Shown piece by piece: positions 40,961 through 47,515 of a DNA stretch of 64,000 nt (position 1 is its first letter; each line of letters opens with the position of its first letter). This stretch comes from Candidatus Woesearchaeota archaeon. Lineage in GTDB: Archaea > Nanobdellota > Nanobdellia > Woesearchaeales > GW2011-AR4. The notes beneath the pieces are model-generated. The model worked only from the letters and a program-made list of their open reading frames with translations, was not told the DNA's origin and made no database searches. The DNA is taken from positions 965 through 64,964 of the forward strand of contig JACOZN010000012.1 of assembly GCA_016181305.1 (NCBI GenBank), in the 5' to 3' direction. A program made the position numbers and the translations under genes.

Positions 40961-41131
40961 TCATTCCTTTTTATCGTTACTTAATTCCCTCTGTATCAGC
41001 TCCAAGTCGTACATCTTCTGCTCCATCAGCTCCCTGGCTAGCATTGACTTCTTCTTGCCAAGCTTTCTGGAAACCTTTTCCAGCAGCTCGTTGATTTCTT
41101 TTGATACAGTAATGCGTATTTGAATACTCAT
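40961..41131 (-). CDS. ribbon-helix-helix (CopG/Arc-like) small DNA-binding protein (56 aa; absent from ORF track)
   Basis: My own translation: MSIQIRITVSKEINELLEKVSRKLGKKKSMLARELMEQKMYDLELIQRELSNDKKE. It shows a beta-strand (IRITVS) followed by two helices. It is the first gene of module B. Confidence 0.65.
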   Translation of the reverse strand: MSIQIRITVSKEINELLEKVSRKLGKKKSMLARELMEQKMYDLELIQRELSNDKKE

Positions 41132-41155
41132 TTTTACCTATTAGTATACATTTTT

Positions 41156-41173
41156 TATACTTATTTAAGTATA
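41156..41173. promoter_or_regulatory. 18-bp palindrome TATACTTATTTAAGTATA in RHH-gene promoter
   Basis: Perfect 8-bp arms around a TT centre, 25-42 nt upstream of the RHH ATG. It overlaps a TATA-like TTAAATAAG on the minus strand. Confidence 0.45.
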
Positions 41174-41237
41174 ACTATTTAAAGTTTCCTATTAAAAAAC
41201 AGCCATAAATTCAATAATTTATACATAAAATAGTATA

Positions 41238-41266
41238 AATAAAGTATTAATAAAGAATTAATAAAG
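41238..41266. repeat. three AATAAAG units at exact 11-bp period in divergent promoter region
   Basis: Units at 41238, 41249 and 41260. The extended form is ATTAATAAAG x2. Confidence 0.5.
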
Positions 41267-41299
41267 TATATATAAGGCTTACAAAACAAAATAACAAAC

Positions 41300-41307
41300 T
41301 TTAAATA
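41300..41307 (+). promoter_or_regulatory. TATA box for 41331 gene
   Basis: TTTAAATA ends 23 nt before the ATG. Confidence 0.45.
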
Positions 41308-41330
41308 CAATATGCTTCAAAAAAGCATTA

Positions 41331-42557
41331 ATGGCTGAAAAAAGTCTGGCTGATTACATTAAAAGCATGTCCCAAAAGGGCTACGATTCTTCCTCAATAA
41401 GGAACATATTGCTAAGGTATGGCTACAGCCAAAGGGATATTGACAGCGCAATGGGCTCTGCCACAAGCCATACCATAAGGCATGAAATTCATTTGTCCCA
41501 TACAACTGCATTGGTGATTATATTCCTCATTGTTTCTGCTGTGGGGGCTGTATCACTCATTTACCACAGCCCGTCAAAAACTCCCTCAAAGCTGCTGGAC
41601 CTGAACCTTGAGCCTGTGGCAACTACAGTCGAGGCGGGGCAAAACATTGTTTTTCTCAAGGAGCTTTCCAACCTAGGCTCTTCAGAAAGATATGATGTTG
41701 TCATAAAGCAGGATCTCATAGATCCGTTGACAAGCAGGATAATAACCCAAAAAATCGAGACAAGGGCAATAGAAACTTTCGGCTCGACACAGACAAGGAT
41801 TCTCGTGCCAAAAGAAGCAAAGCCTGGCGACTATATTTTAAGGGCTGTGGTAGAATACGGGGATAAAAAGGCAATTGCCACCCTGCCTGTAAAAATCGTG
41901 TCTTTTGCCGCTGAAACCTGTTTTGACGGCATAAAAAACCAGGACGAATCGTCTGCTGACTGCGGCGGAGCCTGCAAGCCCTGCGAAACCCAGGCAATTG
42001 AATGTGATGACAACAACCAATGCACGAATGATGTCGTGGAAAACGGCGCTTGCATAAACAAGCCGATAGCGCCATGCTGCGGGAACAAGGTATGCGAAGC
42101 TGAGGAGCAGGGCAGCTGCAGTGCAGACTGCATAAAAATTGAGCAACCCGCAATATCAAGCGAAACTCTGGACGACATAAAAGAGCTTGCAAGAGTTGAT
42201 CCGGCTAAGGCGCTGCAGCAGTGCATGAGGCAGGAGCTCCCCGACTATAAGGACGAGTGCATAAGCAACATTGCAGAGGTCCAGCGCAGCAAAGGCTACT
42301 GCCCGCAGATAACAAGCCCGAGGGCGAGGGATGTGTGCTATTTGAACATCGCAAAGCTTGCCAACGACAACTCAATATGCAGGGACATATCCACAGAAGG
42401 CAGGCGTGATTCATGCTACATGACATTTGTGCTCGACAACAAGGATTATTCAGTCTGCGGCAGCATAACAAACAAGCAGCTCAGGCAGTCATGCGAGTCA
42501 TTGAGGCAGCTGAATGACTTGAATCAAGCATCACAAAATCAAGCAGAGATTAGTTAG
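41331..42557 (+). CDS. membrane-anchored Cys-rich extracellular protein (408 aa)
   Basis: Small N-terminal helical domain, one TM, an Ig/CARDB-like segment, then Cys-rich modules (CFDGIKNQDESSADCGGACKPC; CDDNNQCTNDVVENGACINKPIAPCCGNKVC) and repeated C-x-D/N-x-C units. Confidence 0.75.
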   Translation: MAEKSLADYIKSMSQKGYDSSSIRNILLRYGYSQRDIDSAMGSATSHTIRHEIHLSHTTALVIIFLIVSAVGAVSLIYHSPSKTPSKLLDLNLEPVATTVEAGQNIVFLKELSNLGSSERYDVVIKQDLIDPLTSRIITQKIETRAIETFGSTQTRILVPKEAKPGDYILRAVVEYGDKKAIATLPVKIVSFAAETCFDGIKNQDESSADCGGACKPCETQAIECDDNNQCTNDVVENGACINKPIAPCCGNKVCEAEEQGSCSADCIKIEQPAISSETLDDIKELARVDPAKALQQCMRQELPDYKDECISNIAEVQRSKGYCPQITSPRARDVCYLNIAKLANDNSICRDISTEGRRDSCYMTFVLDNKDYSVCGSITNKQLRQSCESLRQLNDLNQASQNQAEIS

Positions 42558-42590
42558 AAAACAATTAAAAAAATCATTAAAATTAAATAA

Positions 42591-42672
42591 AATCACGAGA
42601 GCGACTTTATCGAAAATCCATTGGATTTTCGGAAATGATCGGAAATGCAAAGCATTTGCCGACATTGTGATT
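42591..42672 (+). other. structured intergenic element (nested hairpins) between the 408-aa and 613-aa genes
   Basis: Outer arms are AATCAC(42591-96)/GTGATT(42667-72). Inner hairpins are CGAAAATCC-att-GGATTTTCG (42611-42631) and CGGAAATGC-aaa-GCATTTgCCG (42640-42661). Confidence 0.45.
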
Positions 42673-42733
42673 AACAGCAAGATGAAAGTGAACCGCTTTT
42701 AATGAGTTTAGTAAATCAGTAGGCGAGGCAAAT

Positions 42734-44575
42734 ATGTATATATTCAAGCACAGGCAAAAACTGCGGAAAAAGAGGATTTACAGCAAAGCCCAGATGTCTG
42801 TATTCTGGATTATGGGCTTGGTTATGTTTATAGCGCTGGTTGCAGGCTTGTTCGTCTATAACGACTTAAGGACGGCTAAGATTAAGGAAGGGGCAAAAAA
42901 TGACCTGAGCTCGCAGGCAGAGGAAATTGAGAAATTTGTGAACGACTGCATAAGAAAAGAGGCGTTTGAGGGATTGAAAAGGCTTGGGCAGACTGGCGGC
43001 TATCTTGAAATCCCGAAAATCATAAGCTTCAAGGGCACAGGCTATTGGTACCTGGATGAGGTTAACATACAGCCAATCCTCAACCAGACTCAGGAAAGGC
43101 TGCTCGAGCACATCAGTGCAAACGTGCCAAAATGCGTTGACGACGAAAGAATAAAAGAGCTTGGGTTTGCAGTCCAAAAAGGGGCTATAAAAACGACAAT
43201 CGAGTTCGGAAATGCCGATGTGACAGTGAAGATAGAGTATCCAATAAGGCTTGAGAGGGAAAAATTCACAAAGGATTTCTCTGGTTTTTTCAACTCTTTT
43301 GACATAAGGTACAGGGCTGTGTTCGAGGCTGCCACAGAGGTGAATGAAAGGCTTTTCGACGCTGACTTCGACATCAAGAACCCATTGAAAAAATTGGATT
43401 ACCTGAAAAGCCTTGAATTTGATGTGTCATACAAGAGCCCTGAAACTGATGTAATGGTGTTTACAGTAACAGACAAGAAATCAATTCTGCCGACAAATGA
43501 GCTTTATACTTTCAGCTTTGCTGCGAGGCTCGGCACCTCTGACTTGAAGAAGTTCATTGACTTGCAGGACAACAGCGCCACAAATCCGGTATTTTTGCCC
43601 TACACAATTTATTCTGTTGACAAGAAGGCTCAGCTTGACATTTCATCAGGAACAACAATAAGCCTTGAAGGGCAGCCTGTAAAGGCGATAAGCGTTGAGC
43701 AAGCTTATCCAAATGAAGTCACAACAAAAGACGTCCCTGTCTACAAGAAAAACGACAAGATAATGCAAAAGCAGGACATAATCTATGTGATAGACAATCC
43801 CATATATACCTTTGAGCCTTCCGGGATTTTATTCAACAAGCACCAAAAGCTGGCTTTGTATTATGAGGATGAAATAAAGGCGAGCAAAGGCGTTGGAATT
43901 CTAATGGGAAAGAATGGCTTCTGGATTCCTATTCCGTCAAAGCACGAGCCTGAGCAGAAAAGGGTGTTTGCCAGCATACTAGGGTTTACTGAATTTACTG
44001 CTGTGAACTGCGCATCGCAAAAACTCAAGACAACAATTGCAGAGCATTTCTTTGAGCCAGCCCCTCCATGTTTTATATTCGGGGCATTGAGCATAATTGC
44101 TGTATTGGCAGTGGTTGTTACGCTTATCGGTGGTGGGCCTGTATTATTCGGACTTTTTGGCGGTCCAACTGCTGCTGAAGGTGGAATTATAAGTGCCATA
44201 GGCCAAGGCTTTATTAGCGGTTCAGAAGCTATCGGCATCGGCGGCATTACTTTTGGTGCTACCGCTGCCACAGTTGGAACTGTCCTTACAGGGCTAACAT
44301 TAGTTACTATAGCAGGCTCTATACTCGGAGCCACAACAGACGTCTTCTACGAAAAATCCCCTGAAAACTGCGAAACTTTCTATCCAGTCTGCGACCAGAA
44401 CATAAATATAGAAAAAGAGCTGAAAGACGGCACAGGGGACTGCATTCCGGACAGCGGCGCAAGGGTTGCCGCAGGAGCGCCTGCAAACGTATGCGCCCAG
44501 GTGAAGAAATGCGACTCATTGAGCAAGTTCTTCTGCAAGCCGTGCAGCGTGAAGTGTAGTGCGCAGTTTTATTGA
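42734..44575 (+). CDS. KxQ-anchor / GGY-domain family protein (613 aa), paralog 3, with Gly-rich membrane region and Cys-rich tail
   Basis: ...IYSKAQMSVFWIMGLVMFIALVAGLFVY, CIRKEAFEGLKRLGQTGGY, VPKCVDD, VTVKIEYPIRL, FDIRYRAVFEAA. The C-terminus has a ~90 aa G/A/I/T-rich hydrophobic stretch followed by 8 Cys in the last ~70 aa. Confidence 0.8.
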   Translation: MYIFKHRQKLRKKRIYSKAQMSVFWIMGLVMFIALVAGLFVYNDLRTAKIKEGAKNDLSSQAEEIEKFVNDCIRKEAFEGLKRLGQTGGYLEIPKIISFKGTGYWYLDEVNIQPILNQTQERLLEHISANVPKCVDDERIKELGFAVQKGAIKTTIEFGNADVTVKIEYPIRLEREKFTKDFSGFFNSFDIRYRAVFEAATEVNERLFDADFDIKNPLKKLDYLKSLEFDVSYKSPETDVMVFTVTDKKSILPTNELYTFSFAARLGTSDLKKFIDLQDNSATNPVFLPYTIYSVDKKAQLDISSGTTISLEGQPVKAISVEQAYPNEVTTKDVPVYKKNDKIMQKQDIIYVIDNPIYTFEPSGILFNKHQKLALYYEDEIKASKGVGILMGKNGFWIPIPSKHEPEQKRVFASILGFTEFTAVNCASQKLKTTIAEHFFEPAPPCFIFGALSIIAVLAVVVTLIGGGPVLFGLFGGPTAAEGGIISAIGQGFISGSEAIGIGGITFGATAATVGTVLTGLTLVTIAGSILGATTDVFYEKSPENCETFYPVCDQNINIEKELKDGTGDCIPDSGARVAAGAPANVCAQVKKCDSLSKFFCKPCSVKCSAQFY

Positions 44576-46149
44576 GGGTTATTTTTAAAATGATTGTAGT
44601 AAGCCATAACTTCTTTTACATAATCCCTCGTAGTGTAACCTGGCACAATAACTACATCAGGAACTGAGCGCTCTTTGGCGACTCTGGTGGGGCCAGCCTT
44701 GCTGTAACCTGCAGCAATCAATTGTAAGTTCCCGTTAAAGCGTTCTGTAAGATATGTGAGGACAGCCATTGATGCATCAGTAGCTGTATACTTATCCTTT
44801 TTAACTTCATTCCAGTCGTATGTCCCATATACTTCCCTTTGATTGACATCCTTCACAGCTATGTAGTTTAAGTGTCCTATCCCGTGATTTCCTTGGCTTG
44901 GTCCTACATAAGGGTCAAATTTTGACTCAACTGCAAATATGGCTTTGACAAGATTTTTATCAACTTTTAAGCTGGACAATTCTATCCTATTCACAATATC
45001 CTGATTTTTCGGAATATTTGTTTTTTCAACTAATCCTATATCCCTCTTAAACCTCTCACTTTCTCCCGATGGTATTTCAGCGTTGAACTTTACGCCCCTA
45101 ATTACAACTTCAGCATTTGTATTTGACTCAGTATTAGGCGGAATATTGGGATTCCATTTTACATTCGGCACCCTTATCTGCACATTCGAGTCTTTGTATT
45201 GAATCTCTGCATCGCCGTTTTTCAGGGCATTTAATAGCTTGATATTCTGGTCCGCATTATTTGCGCTCCTGTATGTTTCTCCCGGGAAAGTTTCTTCATA
45301 TTTTATTTTCCTCGCCTCGAAATTATTGCTGCCATAGCCTGCCTCCTTGAATACATCAGATATGGATTTGTCAGTGCCCAAAACAACAAAATTCCTTACA
45401 GGAGTAAGTGTATAGCCCAAATCATCCTCGACAAAAGAAAACCTGACCGGGCGGTTTTCAGCCATCAATTTAATGCCGTCAAATATCGTCTCTTCCTGCC
45501 GCGGCAGCACATATATATTGCTGTTTGCAAAGTCTATATAACGTTTATCGGATTTGCTAAATTTGTATCCTTTGCCGTCAAAGACTATGTCTGCTCCGGG
45601 AAGAGTTGTTGTCTTAGAATCGCCCTCAAACCTTATTGTATTTGTCTTTTCGTTATAGAAAAACTTGGTGTTTTTCCCTATTTTCTGCTCTAAAACCCTG
45701 GAGTTGTCGCCAGCAACGCCGCTAATCTCGCTGGAATATTGGTTGTATTTAACCCCATTGGAGTTTTCTATGGGCAAGCCATTAAACGGGCTATTTTTAA
45801 TTGAAAACACACCCTTTTCAATTGAAAAGCCGTCCAGTTGTTTGGAGTATGTGCCCTTGCCGGTAAACACTGCTCCGCTGTCTTTAAGAGTGGCAGTTGC
45901 ATCAACAACGCGAACCTTGCCGAGAAAATCAGCTGGAATTTCAGCAGAGCTTCCGAAAGTTAATGTCAGGGAATTTGATTCTTTATTGTAGTAAAAACTA
46001 TCGCCCACTATTTTAATGCCTATATTTTTATCAATCCATTTTGCCCTGTCTTCTTGTGTTCCACACTTGTCATAGTCGTCGCATGCGCCCTGCACAAAGG
46101 CACCAAGCGCAAAAAGTGCAATAATCCAGACCAAAATTATTTTTTTCAT
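44569..46149 (-). CDS. secreted protein with C-terminal SLT (lytic transglycosylase / GH23-like) domain
   Basis: I prefer the ATG at 46149 (MKKIILVWIIALFALGAFVQGA signal peptide), 1 nt after the stop of the 256-aa gene. The C-terminus reads LVKAIFAVESKFDP...GNHGIGHL...AVLTYL...LIAAGYSKAGPTRV, which fits the SLT pattern (A-I-x-x-x-E-S, G-L-M-Q-like, Y-L, A-Y-N-A-G). Confidence 0.7.
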   Translation of the reverse strand: MKKIILVWIIALFALGAFVQGACDDYDKCGTQEDRAKWIDKNIGIKIVGDSFYYNKESNSLTLTFGSSAEIPADFLGKVRVVDATATLKDSGAVFTGKGTYSKQLDGFSIEKGVFSIKNSPFNGLPIENSNGVKYNQYSSEISGVAGDNSRVLEQKIGKNTKFFYNEKTNTIRFEGDSKTTTLPGADIVFDGKGYKFSKSDKRYIDFANSNIYVLPRQEETIFDGIKLMAENRPVRFSFVEDDLGYTLTPVRNFVVLGTDKSISDVFKEAGYGSNNFEARKIKYEETFPGETYRSANNADQNIKLLNALKNGDAEIQYKDSNVQIRVPNVKWNPNIPPNTESNTNAEVVIRGVKFNAEIPSGESERFKRDIGLVEKTNIPKNQDIVNRIELSSLKVDKNLVKAIFAVESKFDPYVGPSQGNHGIGHLNYIAVKDVNQREVYGTYDWNEVKKDKYTATDASMAVLTYLTERFNGNLQLIAAGYSKAGPTRVAKERSVPDVVIVPGYTTRDYVKEVMAYYNHFKNNPQ

Positions 46150-46150
46150 C

Positions 46151-46921
46151 CTATTTTTCCATCGCAAAGCTGAATATGTAGTCATCTCCATCCACTTTAG
46201 TTGCATTGTCAAAAATAGTGAAAATCATAGAATCTTTCTCTGAAACAACATCAATAAAGACATTGTTTTCCGAGGCCAAGTCGATGAGGCAGTCTATGCA
46301 CAAGGCTCCATTGTCCCTTATTTTGCCTTCTGTTATGTTTGAAGCTAGGATGTATATTGTATTGAGCCTGACAGGGACCTCCGCCCTGAAATAGGGTATT
46401 TGAGTTTCTGCGCCTTCCTTGGAAATTGTAATTGGATAATTAATGTCAACTAAAACGCTTTCAGTGCCTATGGTTGATTTGACAGAGATGGCGCCTCCTT
46501 CAATCCTTGCCCCCTGGAAGTCCTGAAGCCCCTCAATGCATTGCGGCAGCTGCTCCGCTACATAGCCCGATATCTGCATCTCGACAGAGCTTCTTGAAGG
46601 CATTGTATTCCTGCTTTGATAGGCATAGTAAGGCACCTCGTCGTAGAAATAGGTTAGCTTTGGTTCAGGCACCTTGTAGTATCCCCCGTACAATCCCGTG
46701 TAAACAACTGAGTCTTTGGCTGTTTCACTCACGCAGAAATCAATGTTCAGCTTGGCAGGCAGCAGCGAGGAGGGCGCGTCTGCAACATTGACAATTTCGC
46801 TTGCTGCTTCAGCCTCCGCCCTTGTTTTGTTTATAGCAACATAGCTGATGAAAGAAGCAGCTATCACCAGCACTAGCCCAAATATAAGAAACAATGCAAC
46901 TTGGGTTTTTTTGCTCGCCAT
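46151..46921 (-). CDS. KxQ-anchor / GGY-domain family protein (256 aa), minimal paralog 4
   Basis: MASKKTQVALFLIFGLVLVIAASFISY, CVSETAKDSVVYTGLYGGY, LPQCIEGLQDF, VLVDINYPITI, VPVRLNTIYILA. It consists of little more than the shared domain. Confidence 0.75.
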   Translation of the reverse strand: MASKKTQVALFLIFGLVLVIAASFISYVAINKTRAEAEAASEIVNVADAPSSLLPAKLNIDFCVSETAKDSVVYTGLYGGYYKVPEPKLTYFYDEVPYYAYQSRNTMPSRSSVEMQISGYVAEQLPQCIEGLQDFQGARIEGGAISVKSTIGTESVLVDINYPITISKEGAETQIPYFRAEVPVRLNTIYILASNITEGKIRDNGALCIDCLIDLASENNVFIDVVSEKDSMIFTIFDNATKVDGDDYIFSFAMEK

Positions 46922-47515
46922 CTTTTTTGCCCGTTATTTCTTTATCTTAAATCATACTTAATAAATCTTTTGCGGAGCCCTGATTTTGCCGTATTTGCCT
47001 AAGAAATTTTATATAAAATATATAATGTAAAAACAAAAGCTTTAAATATAACATCGTTATAAGTAGCTCAATAAAATGGCAAATGGCATAAAGTGGATGG
47101 AAGTGAGTATTCTAAGTCTAATTAGGACTATCCACACAACAGCTACAACAGCTGTGATGTGCTGATTGCCAATTTTAACCTTAATTTTCTAAAACAAGAT
47201 TGGAGGTGTTAAAATTGGTACAAAAGACTAAACTAAGCAATGCGGAAAAGAAAGATTTTGAAGAATTCCTTCAAAATTTGTTGGTAGTAGACTTCAACAA
47301 CCGAAATGAAGAATCGAAATACAAGTGAAAATGGGATATAAACATTTAAATATCCACTGGCTTGACAGCCATTTCATGATTAGGCAAGATTATTATAGAT
47401 GCTGTTATTGTTGCTAGTTCTGGTTGTTTTTACTTAAGCGAGGCGGTATATCCCTAAAAATATATCCAAATTATTTTTTCACAAAATTTGTGTTTTCCAA
47501 AAAAATGGTTTTATT

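Noticed and set aside
40839-41123. Plus-strand 94-aa ORF from the track.
   Set aside because: It is antisense to the 56-aa RHH gene. Its product is F/L/S-rich, typical of an AT-rich shadow frame.
30195-41131. The AbrB-like and RHH proteins as antitoxins of toxin-antitoxin pairs.
   Set aside because: No PIN, MazF, RelE or HicA-type small ORF lies adjacent to either gene. Each is followed directly by a 640-710 aa membrane-anchored protein.
28250-46921. The island as a type IV pilus or archaellum operon.
   Set aside because: The window has no PilB/FlaI-type ATPase, PilC/FlaJ platform or prepilin peptidase. The KxQ proteins are 256-707 aa with large globular ectodomains, unlike typical pilins. 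I keep only 'pilin-like signal' as a hypothesis.
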